A stretch of DNA of 64,000 nucleotides from Eledone cirrhosa (lineage: Eukaryota). This document shows positions 42,701-56,179 of this stretch, one piece after another. The DNA lies in contig OZ024741.1 of the NCBI GenBank assembly GCA_964016885.1, positions 23,994,001 through 24,058,000 of the forward strand, given 5' to 3'. The translations under genes were made by a program, and so were the position numbers. The notes beneath the pieces were generated by a model. The model made no database searches, was not told where the DNA came from, and saw nothing but the letters and a program-made list of their open reading frames with translations. How positions within the stretch are numbered: position 1 is the stretch's first letter; each line of letters starts with the position of its first letter.

Positions 42701-45700
42701 AATCCACTACATATATAGTAAAAGACTGTGCTTCAGCCATGACCTAACCCTAATCCAGTACATATATAGTAAAAGACTGTGCTTCAGCTGTCACCTAACT
42801 CTAATCCAGTACATATATAGTAAAAGACTGTGCTGCAGCCATGACCTAACCCTAATCCAGTACATATATAGTAAAAGACTGTGCTTCAGCTGTCACCTAA
42901 CCCTAATCCAGTACATATATAGTAAAAGACTGTGCTTCAGCTGTCACCTAACTCTAATCCAGTACATATATAGTAAAAGACTGTGCTGCAGCCATGACCT
43001 AACCCTAATCCAGTACATATATAGTAAAAGACTGTGCTTCAGCTGTCACCTAACTCTAATCCAGTACATATATAGTAAAAGACTGTGCTTCAGCCATGAC
43101 CTAACCATAATCCAGTACATATATAGTAAAAGACTGTGCTGCAGCCATGACCTAACCCTAATCCAGTACATATATAGTAAAAGACTGTGCTTCAGCTGTC
43201 ACCTAACTCTAATCCAGTACATATATAGTAAAAGACTGTGCTTCAGCCATGACCTAACCATAATCCAGTACATATATAGTAAAAGACTGTGCTGCAGCCA
43301 TGACCTAACCCTAATCCAGTACATATATAGTAAAAGACTGTGCTTCAGCTGTCACCTAAACCTAATCCAGTACATCTATAGTAAAAGACTGTGCTTCAGC
43401 CATGACCTAACTCTAATCCAGTAGTTATATAGTAAAAAACTGTGCTTCAGCTGTCACCTAACCCTAATCCAGTACATATATAGTAAAAGACTGTGCTTCA
43501 GCTGTCACCTAAACCTAATCCAGTACATCTATAGTAAAAGACTGTGCTTCAGCCATGACCTAACTCTAATCCAGTAGTTATATAGTAAAAAACTGTGCTT
43601 CAGCTGTCACCTAACCCTAATCCAGTACATATATAGTAAAAGACTGTGCTTCAGCTGTCACCTAACCCTAATCCAGTACATATATAGTATAAGACTGTGC
43701 TTCAGCTGTCACCTAACTCTAATCCAGTACATATATAGTAAAAGACTGTGCTGCAGCCATGACCTAACCCTAATCCAGTACATATATAGTAAAAGAATGT
43801 GCTTCAGCTGTCACCTAACTCTAATCCAGTACATATATAGTAAAAGACTGTGCTGCAGCCATGACCTAACCCTAATCCAGTACATATATAGTAAAAGACT
43901 GTGCTTCAGCTGTGACCTAACTCTAATCCAGTACATATATAGTAAAAGACTGTGCTTCAGCTGTCACCTAACTCTAATCCAGTACATATATAGTAAAAGA
44001 CTGTGCTGCAGCCATGACCTAACCCTAATCCAGTACATATATAGTAAAAGACTGTGCTTCAGCTGTCACCTAACTCTAATCCAGTACATATATAGTAAAA
44101 GACTGTGCTTCAGCTGTCACCTAACTCTAATCCAGTACATATATAGTAAAAGACTGTGCTGCAGCCATGACCTAACCCTAATCCAGTACATATATAGTAA
44201 AAAACTGTGCTTCAGCTGTCACCTAACCCTAATCCAGTACATATATAATAAAAGACTGTGCTTCAGCTGTCACCTAACCCTAATGCAGTACATATATAAT
44301 AAAAGACTGTGCTGCAGCCATGACCTAACCATAATCCAGTACATATATAGTAAAAGACTGTGCTTCAGCCATGACCTAACCCTAATCCAGTACTTATATA
44401 GTAAAAAACTGTGCTTCAGCTGTCACCTAACCCTAATCCAGTACATATATAGTAAAAGACTGTGCTTCAGCTGTCACCTAACTCTAATCCAGTACATATA
44501 TAGTAATAGACCATGTTTCAGCTGTGACCTAACCCTAATCCAGTACATATATAGTAAAAGACTGTGCTTCAGCCATGACCTAACCCTAATACAGTACATA
44601 TATAGTAAAAGACTGTGCTTCAGCCATGACCTAACCCTAATCCAGTACATATATAGTAAAAGACTGTGCTTCAGACATGACCTAACCCTAATCCAGTACA
44701 TATATAGTAAAAACTGTGCTTCAGCTGTCACCTAACCCTAATCCAGTACATATATAGTAAAAGACTGTGTTTCAGCTGTCACCTAACCCTAATCCAGTAC
44801 ATATATAGTAAAAGACCGTGCTTCAGCCATGACCTAACCCTAATCCAGTACATATATAGTAAAAGACTGTGCTTCAGCCATGACCTAACCCTAATCCAGT
44901 ACATATATAGTAAAAGACTGTGCTTCAGCTGTCACCTAACCCTAATCCAGTACATATATAGTAAAAACTGTGCTTCAGCTGACTCCTAACCCTAATCCAG
45001 TACATATATAGTAAAAGACTGTGCTTCAGCTGTCACCTAACTCTAATCCAGTACATATATAGTAAAAGACCGTGCTTCAGCCATGACGTAACTTTAATCC
45101 AATCCATATATAGTAAAAGACTGTGCTTCAGCCATGACCTAACCCTAATCCAGTACATATATAGTAAAAGACCGTACTTCAGCCATGACGTAACTTTAAT
45201 CCAATCCATATATAGTAAAAGACTGTGCTTCAGCTGTCACCTAACTCTAATCCTGTACATATATAGTAAAAGACCGTGTTTCAGCTGTGACCTAACCCTA
45301 ATCCAGTACATATATAGTAAAAGACTGTGCTTCAGCTGTCACCTAACTCTAATCCAGTACATATATAGTAAAAGACCGTGTTTCAGCTGTGACCTAATCC
45401 TAATCCAGTACATATATAGTAAAAGACTGTGCTTCAGCCATGACCTAACCCTAATCCAGTACATATATAGTAAAAGACTGTGCTTCAGCCATGACCTAAC
45501 CCTAATCCAGTACATATATAGTAAAAGACTGTGCTTCAGCCATGACCTAACCCTAATCCAGTACATATATAGTAAAAGACTGTGCTTCAGCTGTCACCTA
45601 ACCCTAATCAAGTACATATATAGTAAAAGACTGTGCTTCAGCTGACTCCTAACCCTAATCCAGTACATATATAGTAAAAGACTGTGCTTCAGCTGTCACC

Positions 45701-47260
45701 TAACTCTAATCCAGTACATATATAGTAAAAGACCGTGCTTCAGCCATGACGTAACTTTAATCCAATCCATATATAGTAAAAGACTGTGCTTCAGCCATGA
45801 CCTAACCCTAATCCAGTACATATATAGTAAAAGACCGTACTTCAGCCATGACGTAACTTTAATCCAATCCATATATAGTAAAAGACTGTGCTTCAGCTGT
45901 CACCTAACTCTAATCCTGTACATATATAGTAAAAGACTGTGCTTCAGCTGTCACCTAACCCTAATCCAGTACATATATAGTAAAAGACTGTGCTTCAGCT
46001 GTCACCTAACCCTAATCCTGTACATATATAGTAAAAGACTGTGCTTCAGCCATGACCTAACCCTAATCCAGTACATATATAGTAAAAGACTGTGCTTCAG
46101 CTGTCACCGAACTCTAATCCAGTACATATATAGTAAAAGACCGTGCCTCAGCCATGACCTAACTCTAATCCAGTACATATATAGTAAAAGACCGTGCTTC
46201 AGCTGTCACCTAACCCTAATCCAGTACATATATAGTAAAAGACTGTGCTTCAGCTGTCACCTAACTCTAATCCAGTACATATATAGTAAAAGACCGTGCT
46301 TCAGCTGTCACCTAACTCTAATCCAGTGCATATATAGTAAAAGACTGTGCCTCAGCTGTGACCTAACCCTAATCCAGTACATATATAGTAAAAGACTGTG
46401 CTTCAGCTGTCACCTAACTCTAATCCGGTACATATATAGTAAAAGACTGTGCTTCAGCTGTCACCTAACTCTAATCCGGTACATATATAGTAAAAGACTG
46501 TGCTTCAGCTGTCACCTAACTCTAATCCAGTACATATATAGTAAAAGACTGTGCTGCAGCCATGACCTAACCCTAATCCAGTACATATATAGTAAAAAAC
46601 TGTGCTTCAGCTGTCACCTAACCCTAATCCAGTACATATATAATAAAAGACTGTGCTTCAGCTGTCACCTAACCCTAATCCAGTACATATATAATAAAAG
46701 ACTGTGCTGCAGCCATGACCTAACCATAATCCAGTACATATATAGTAAAAGACTGTGCTTCAGCCATGACCTAACCCTAATCCAGTACTTATATAGTAAA
46801 AAACTGTGCTTCAGCTGTCACCTAAACCTAATCCAGTACATCTATAGTAAAAGACTGTGCTTCAGCCATGACCTAACCCTAATCCAGTACATATATAGTA
46901 AAAGACTGTGCTTCAGCTGTGACCTAACCCTAATCCAGTACATATATAGTAGAAGACTGTGCTTCAGCTGTCACCTAACTCTAATCCAGTACATATATAG
47001 TAAAAAACTGTGCTTCAGCTGTCACCTAACCCTAATCCAGTACATATATAATAAAAGACTGTGCTTCAGCTGTCACCTAACCCTAATCCAGTACATATAT
47101 AATAAAAGACTGTGCTGCAGCCATGACCTAACCATAATCCAGTACATATATAGTAAAAGACTGTGCTTCAGCCATGACCTAACCCTAATCCAGTACATAT
47201 ATAGTAAAAGACTGTGCTTCAGCTGTCACCTAAACCTAATCCAGTACATCTATAGTAAAA
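36800..47260 (+). repeat. Near-identical tandem 104-monomer duplication (5,302 bp = 104x51-2)
   Basis: ORF pairs 38495/43797, 39172/44474 and 40037/45339 are all offset by 5,302. So are the markers tccactac (37401/42703), cagtagttat, gtataag, agaatgtg, aatagaccatg, aatcaagtac and caccgaac. Confidence 0.93.
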
Positions 47261-50200
47261 GACTGTGCTTCAGCTGTCACCTAGCTCTAATCCAGTACAT
47301 ATATAGTAAAAGACTGTGCTGCAGCCATGACCTAACCCTAATCCAGTACATATATAGTAAAAGACTGTGCTTCAGCTGTCACCTAAACCTAATCCAGTAC
47401 ATCTATAGTAAAAGACTGTGCTTCAGCTGTCACCTAACCCTAATCCAGTACATATATAGTAAAAGACTGTGCTTCAGCCATGACCTAACCCTAATCCAGT
47501 ACATATATAGTAAAAGACTGTGCTTCAGCTGTCACCTAACTCTAATCCAGTACATATATAGTAAAAGACTGTGCTTCAGCCATGACCTATCCCTAATCCA
47601 GTACATATATAGTAAAAGACTGTGCTTCAGCTGTCACCTAACTCTAATCCAGTACATATATAGTAAAAGACTGTGCTGCAGCCATGACCTAACCCTAATC
47701 CAGTACATATATAGTAAAAGACTGTGCTTCAGCTGTCACCTAACCCTAATCCAGTACATATATAGTAAAAGACTGTGCTTCAGCTGTCACCTAACTCTAA
47801 TCCAGTACATATATAGTAAAAGACTGTGCTGCAGCCATGACCTAACCCTAATCCAGTACATATATAGTAAAAGACTGTGCTTCAGCTGTCACCTAACTCT
47901 AATCCAGTACATATATAGTAAAAGACTGTGCTTCAGCCATGACCTAACCATAATCCAGTACATATATAGTAAAAGACTGTGCTGCAGCCATGACCTAACC
48001 CTAATCCAGTACATATATAGTAAAAGACTGTGCTTCAGCTGTCACCTAACTCTAATCCAGTACATATATAGTAAAAGACTGTGCTTCAGCCATGACCTAA
48101 CCATAATCCAGTACATATATAGTAAAAGACTGTGCTTCAGCTGTCACCTAACTCTAATCCAGTACATATATAGTAAAAGACTGTGCTGCAGCCATGACCT
48201 AACCCTAATCCAGTACATATATAGTAAAAGACTGTGCTTCAGCTGTCACCTAACTCTAATCCAGTACATATATAGTAAAAGACTGTGCTTCAGCCATGAC
48301 CTAACCATAATCCTGTACATATATAGTAAAAGACTGTGCTGCAGCCATGACCTAACCCTAATCCAGTACATATATAGTAAAAGACTGTGCTTCAGCTGTC
48401 ACCTAACTCTAATCCAGTACGTATATAGTAAAAGACTGTGCTTCAGCCATGACCTAACCATAATCCAGTACATATATAGTAAAAGACTGTGCTGCAGCCA
48501 TGACCTAACCCTAATCCAGTACATATATAGTAAAAGACTGTGCTTCAGCTGTCACCTAAACCTAATCCAGTACATCTATAGTAAAAGACTGTGCTTCAGC
48601 CATGACCTAACTCTAATCCAGTAGTTATATAGTAAAAAACTGTGCTTCAGCTGTCACCTAACCCTAATCCAGTACATATATAGTAAAAGACTGTGCTTCA
48701 GCTGTCACCTAACTCTAATCCAGTACATATATAGTAAAAGACTGTGCTGCAGCCATGACCTAACCCTAATCCAGTACATATATAGTAAAAGACTGTGCTT
48801 CAGCTGTCACCTAACTCTAATCCGGTACATATATAGTAAAAGACTGTGCTTCAGCTGTCACCTAACTCTAATCCGGTACATATATAGTAAAAGACTGTGC
48901 TTCAGCTGTCACCTAACTCTAATCCAGTACATATATAGTAAAAGACTGTGCTGCAGCCATGACCTAACCCTAATCCAGTACATATATAGTAAAAAACTGT
49001 GCTTCAGCTGTCACCTAACCCTAATCCAGTACATATATAATAAAAGACTGTGCTTCAGCTGTCACCTAACCCTAATCCAGTACATATATAATAAAAGACT
49101 GTGCTGCAGCCATGACCTAACCATAATCCAGTACATATATAGTAAAAGACTGTGCTTCAGCCATGACCTAACCCTAATCCAGTACTTATATAGTAAAAAA
49201 CTGTGCTTCAGCTGTCACCTAAACCTAATCCAGTACATCTATAGTAAAAGACTGTGCTTCAGCCATGACCTAACCCTAATCCAGTACATATATAGTAAAA
49301 GACTGTGCTTCAGCTGTGACCTAACCCTAATCCAGTACATATATAGTAAAAGACTGTGCTTCAGCTGTCACCTAACTCTAATCCAGTACATATATAGTAA
49401 AAAACTGTGCTTCAGCTGTCACCTAACCCTAATCCAGTACATATATAATAAAAGACTGTGCTTCAGCTGTCACCTAACCCTAATCCAGTACATATATAAT
49501 AAAAGACTGTGCTGCAGCCATGACCTAACCATAATCCAGTACATATATAGTAAAAGACTGTGCTTCAGCCATGACCTAACCCTAATCCAGTACATATATA
49601 GTAAAAGACTGTGCTTCAGCTGTCACCTAAACCTAATCCAGTACATCTATAGTAAAAGACTGTGCTTCAGCTGTCACCTAGCTCTAATCCAGTACATATA
49701 TAGTAAATGACTGTGCTGCAGCCATGACCTAACCCTAATCCAGTACATATATAGTAAAAGACTGTGCTTCAGCTGTCACCTAAACCTAATCCAGTACATC
49801 TATAGTAAAAGACTGTGCTTCAGCTGTCACCTAACCCTAATCCAGTACATATATAGTAAAAGACTGTGCTTCAGCCATGACCTAACCCTAATCCAGTACA
49901 TATATAGTAAAAGACTGTGCTTCAGCTGTCACCTAACTCTAATCCAGTACATATATAGTAAAAGACTGTGCTTCAGCCATGACCTAACCCTAATCCAGTA
50001 CATATATAGTAAAAGACTGTGCTTCAGCTGTCACCTAACTCTAATCCAGTACATATATAGTAAAAGACTGTGCTGCAGCCATGACCTAACCCTAATCCAG
50101 TACATATATAGTAAAAGACTGTGCTTCAGCTGTCACCTAACCCTAATCCAGTACATATATAGTAAAAGACTGTGCTTCAGCTGTCACCTAACTCTAATCC

Positions 50201-51100
50201 AGTACATATATAGTAAAAGACTGTGCTGCAGCCATGACCTAACCCTAATCCAGTACATATATAGTAAAAGACTGTGCTTCAGCTGTCACCTAACTCTAAT
50301 CCAGTACATATATAGTAAAAGACTGTGCTTCAGCCATGACCTAACCATAATCCAGTACATATATAGTAAAAGACTGTGCTGCAGCCATGACCTAACCCTA
50401 ATCCAGTACATATATAGTAAAAGACTGTGCTTCAGCTGTCACCTAACTCTAATCCAGTACATATATAGTAAAAGACTGTGCTTCAGCCATGACCTAACCA
50501 TAATCCAGTACATATATAGTAAAAGACTGTGCTTCAGCTGTCACCTAACTCTAATCCAGTACATATATAGTAAAAGACTGTGCTGCAGCCATGACCTAAC
50601 CCTAATCCAGTACATATATAGTAAAAGACTGTGCTTCAGCTGTCACCTAACTCTAATCCAGTACATATATAGTAAAAGACTGTGCTTCAGCCATGACCTA
50701 ACCATAATCCTGTACATATATAGTAAAAGACTGTGCTGCAGCCATGACCTAACCCTAATCCAGTACATATATAGTAAAAGACTGTGCTTCAGCTGTCACC
50801 TAACTCTAATCCAGTACGTATATAGTAAAAGACTGTGCTTCAGCCATGACCTAACCATAATCCAGTACATATATAGTAAAAGACTGTGCTGCAGCCATGA
50901 CCTAACCCTAATCCAGTACATATATAGTAAAAGACTGTGCTTCAGCTGTCACCTAAACCTAATCCAGTACATCTATAGTAAAAGACTGTGCTTCAGCCAT
51001 GACCTAACTCTAATCCAGTAGTTATATAGTAAAAAACTGTGCTTCAGCTGTCACCTAACCCTAATCCAGTACATATATAGTAAAAGACTGTGCTTCAGCT
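46390..51100 (+). repeat. Tandem 47-monomer duplication (2,397 bp), with variant content different from the 47-mer in the core
   Basis: ctagctct occurs at 47281 and 49678, and tcctgtac at 48311 and 50708. gtacgtata and cagtagttat recur at the same offset. Confidence 0.88.
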
Positions 51101-52419
51101 GTCACCTAAACCTAATCCAGTACATCTATAGTAAAAGACTGTGCTTCAGCCATGACCTAACTCTAATCCAGTACTTATATAGTAAAAGACTGTGCTTCAG
51201 CTGTCACCTAACCCTAATCCAGTACATATATAGTAAAAGACTGTGCTTCAGCTGTCACCTAACTCTAATCCAGTACATATATAGTAAAAGACTGTGCTGC
51301 AGCCATGACCTAACCCTAATCCAGTACATATATAGTAAAAGACTGTGCTTCAGCTGTCACCTAACTGTAATCCAGTACATATATAGTAAAAGACTGTGCT
51401 TCAGCTGTCACCTAACTCTAATCCAGTACATATATAGTAAAAGACTGTGCTGCAGCCATGACCTAACCCTAATCCAGTACATATATAGTAAAAGACTGTG
51501 CTTCAGCTGTGACCTAACTCTAATCCAGTACATATATAGTAAAAGACTGTGCTTCAGCTGTCACCTAACTCTAATCCAGTACATATATAGTAAAAGACTG
51601 TGCTGCAGCCATGACCTGACCCTAATCCAGTACATATATAGTAAAAGACTGTGCTTCAGCTGTCACCTAACTCTAATCCAGTACATATATAGTAAAAGAC
51701 TGTGCTTCAGCTGTCACCTAACTCTAATCCAGTACATATATAGTAAAAGACTGTGCTGCAGCCATGACCTAACCCTAATCCAGTACATATATAGTAAAAA
51801 ACTGTGCTTCAGCTGTCACCTAACCCTAATCCAGTACATATATAATAAAAGACTGTGCTTCAGCTGTCACCTAACCCTAATCCAGTACATATATAATAAA
51901 AGACTGTGCTGCAGCCATGACCTAACCATAATCCAGTACATATATAGTAAAAGACTGTGCTTCAGCCATGACCTAACCCTAATCCAGTACTTATATAGTA
52001 AAAAACTGTGCTTCAGCTGTCACCTAACCCTAATCCAGTACATATATAGTAAAAGACTGTGCTTCAGCTGTCACCTAACTCTAATCCAGTACATATATAG
52101 TAAAAGACTGTGCTTCAGCCATGACCTAACCCTAATCCAGTACATATATAGTAAAAGACCGTACTTCAGCCATGACGTAACTTTAATCCAATCCATATAT
52201 AGTAAAAGACTGTGCTTCAGCTGTCACCTAACTCTAATCCAGTACATATATAGTAAAAGACCGTGTTTCAGCTGTGACCTAACCCTAATCCAGTACATAT
52301 ATAGTAAAAGACTGTGCTTCAGCCATGACCTAACCCTAATCCAGTACATATATAGTAAAAGACTGTGCTTCAGCCATGACCTAACCCTAATCCAGTACAT
52401 ATATAGTAAAAGACTGTGC

Positions 52420-54420
52420 TTCAGCCATGACCTAACCCTAATCCAGTACATATATAGTAAAAGACTGTGCTTCAGCTGTCACCTAACCCTAATCAAGTAC
52501 ATATATAGTAAAAGACTGTGCTTCAGCTGACTCCTAACCCTAATCCAGTACATATATAGTAAAAGACTGTGCTTCAGCTGTCACCTAACTCTAATCCAGT
52601 ACATATATAGTAAAAGACCGTGCTTCAGCCATGACGTAACTTTAATCCAATCCATATATAGTAAAAGACTGTGCTTCAGCCATGACCTAACCCTAATCCA
52701 GTACATATATAGTAAAAGACCGTACTTCAGCCATGACGTAACTTTAATCCAATCCATATATAGTAAAAGACTGTGCTTCAGCTGTCACCTAACTCTAATC
52801 CTGTACATATATAGTAAAAGACTGTGCTTCAGCTGTCACCTAACCCTAATCCAGTACATATATAGTAAAAGACTGTGCTTCAGCTGTCACCTAACCCTAA
52901 TCCATTACATATATAGTAAATGACTGTGCTTCAGCCATGACCTAACCCTAATCCAGTACATATATAGTAAAAGACTGTGCTTCAGCTGTCACCGAACTCT
53001 AATCCAGTACATATATAGTAAAAGACCATGCCTCAGCCATGACCTAACTCTAATCCAGTACATATATAGTAAAAGACCGTGCTTCAGCTGTCACCTAACC
53101 CTAATCCAGTACATATATAGTAAAAGACTGTGCTTCAGCTGTCACCTAACTCTAATCCAGTACATATATAGTAAAAGACCGTGCTTCAGCTGTCACCTAA
53201 CTCTAATCCAGTGCATATATAGTAAAAGACTGTGCCTCAGCTGTGACCTAACCCTAATCCAGTACATATATAGTAAAAGACTGTGCTTCAGCTGTCACCT
53301 AACTCTAATCCGGTACATATATAGTAAAAGACTGTGCTTCAGCTGTCACCTAACTCTAATCCGGTACATATATAGTAAAAGACTGTGCTTCAGCTGTCAC
53401 CTAACCCTAATCCAGTACATATATAGTAAAAGACTGTGCTTCAGCCATGACCTAACCCTAATCCAGTACATATATAGTAAAAGACTGTGCTTCAGCTGTC
53501 ACCTAACCCTAATCAAGTACATATATAGTAAAAGACTGTGCTTCAGCTGACTCCTAACCCTAATCCAGTACATATATAGTAAAAGACTGTGCTTCAGCTG
53601 TCACCTAACTCTAATCCAGTACATATATAGTAAAAGACCGTGCTTCAGCCATGACGTAACTTTAATCCAATCCATATATAGTAAAAGACTGTGCTTCAGC
53701 CATGACCTAACCCTAATCCAGTACATATATAGTAAAAGACCGTACTTCAGCCATGACGTAACTTTAATCCAATCCATATATAGTAAAAGACTGTGCTTCA
53801 GCTGTCACCTAACTCTAATCCTGTACATATATAGTAAAAGACTGTGCTTCAGCTGTCACCTAACCCTAATCCAGTACATATATAGTAAAAGACTGTGCTT
53901 CAGCTGTCACCTAACCCTAATCCTGTACATATATAGTAAATGACTGTGCTTCAGCCATGACCTAACCCTAATCCAGTACATATATAGTAAAAGACTGTGC
54001 TTCAGCTGTCACCGAACTCTAATCCAGTACATATATAGTAAAAGACCGTGCCTCAGCCATGACCTAACTCTAATCCAGTACATATATAGTAAAAGACCGT
54101 GCTTCAGCTGTCACCTAACCCTAATCCAGTACATATATAGTAAAAGACTGTGCTTCAGCTGTCACCTAACTCTAATCCAGTACATATATAGTAAAAGACC
54201 GTGCTTCAGCTGTCACCTAACTCTAATCCAGTGCATATATAGTAAAAGACTGTGCCTCAGCTGTGACCTAACCCTAATCCAGTACATATATAGTAAAAGA
54301 CTGTGCTTCAGCTGTCACCTAACTCTAATCCGGTACATATATAGTAAAAGACTGTGCTTCAGCTGTCACCTAACTCTAATCCGGTACATATATAGTAAAA
54401 GACTGTGCTTCAGCTGTCAC
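52420..54420 (+). repeat. Tandem 20-monomer duplication (1,020 bp)
   Basis: aatcaagtac at 52491/53511, accgaactct at 52991/54011, and aaatgactg at ~52918/53938. Confidence 0.9.
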
Positions 54421-56179
54421 CTAACTCTAATCCAGTACATATATAGTAAAAGACTGTGCTTCAGCTGTCACCTAACTCTAATCCAGTACATATATAGTAA
54501 AAGACCGTGCTTCAGCTGTCACCTAACTCTAATCCAGTGCATATATAGTAAAAGACTGTGCCTCAGCTGTGACCTAACCCTAATCCAGTACATATATAGT
54601 AAAAGACTGTGCTTCAGCTGTCACCTAACTCTAATCCGGTACATATATAGTAAAAGACTGTGCTTCAGCTGTCACCTAACTCTAATCCGGTACATATATA
54701 GTAAAAGACTGTGCTTCAGCTGTCACCTAACTCTAATCCAGTACATATATAGTAAAAGACTGTGCTTCAGCTGTCACCTAACTCTAATCCAGTGCATATA
54801 TAGTAAAAGACTGTGCCTCAGCTGTCACCTAACTCTAATCCAGTACATATATAGTAAAAGACCGTGCTTCAGCTGTCACCTAACTCTAATCCAGTGCATA
54901 TATAGTAAAAGACTGTGCCTCAGCTGTGACCTAACCCTAATCCAGTACATATATAGTAAAAGACTGTGCTTCAGCTGTCACCTAACTCTAATCCAGTGCA
55001 TATATAGTAAAAGACTGTGCTTCAGCTGTCACCTAACTCTAATCCAGTACATATATAGTAAAAGACCGTGCTTCAGCTGTCACCTAACTCTAATCCAGTG
55101 CATATATAGTAAAAGACTGTGCCTCAGCTGTGACCTAACCCTAATCCAGTACATATATAGTAAAAGACTGTGCTTCAGCTGTCACCTAACCCTAATCCAG
55201 TACATATATAGTAAAAGACTGTGCTTCAGCTGTCACCTAACCCTAATCCAGTACATATATAGTAAAAGACTGTGCTTCAGCTGTCACCTAACTCTAATCC
55301 AGTACATATATAGTAAAAGACTGTGCTTCAGCTGTCACCTAACCCTAATCCAGTACATATATAGTAAAAGACTGTGCTGCAGCCATGACCTAAACCTAAT
55401 CCAGTACATATATAGTAAAAGACTGTGCTGCAGCTGTCACCTAACCCTAATGCAGTACATATATAGTAAAAGACTGTGCTTCAGCTGTCACCTAAACCTA
55501 ATCCAGTACATATATAGTAAAAGACTGTGCTGCAGCTGTCACCTAAACCTAATCCAGTACATATATAGTAAAAGACTGTGCTGCAGCTGTCACCTAACCC
55601 TAATCCAGTACATATATAGTAAAAGACTGTGCTTCAGCTGTCACCTAACTCTAATCCAGTACATATATAGTAAAAGACTGTGCTGCAGCCATGACCTAAC
55701 CCTAATCCAGTACATATATAGTAAAAGACTGTGCTGCAGCCATGACCTAAACCTAATCCAGTACATATATAGTAAAAGACTGTGCTTCAGCTGTGACCTA
55801 ACCCTAATCCAGTACATATATAGTAAAAGACTGTGCTTCAGCTGTCACCTAACCCTAATCCAGTACATATATAGTAAAAGACTGTGCTGCAGCCATGACC
55901 TAAACCTAATCCAGTACATATATAGTAAAAGACTGTGCTTCAGCTGTCACCTAACTCTAATCCAGTACATATATAGTAAAAGACTGTGCTTCAGCTGTCA
56001 CCTAAACCTAATCCAGTACATATATAGTAAAAGACTGTGCTGCAGCCATGACCTAAACCTAATCCAGTACATATATAGTAAAAGACTGTGCTGCAGCCAT
56101 GACCTAACCCTAATCCAGTACATATATAGTAAAAGACTGTGCTGCAGCCATGACCTAAACCTAATCCAGTACATATATA

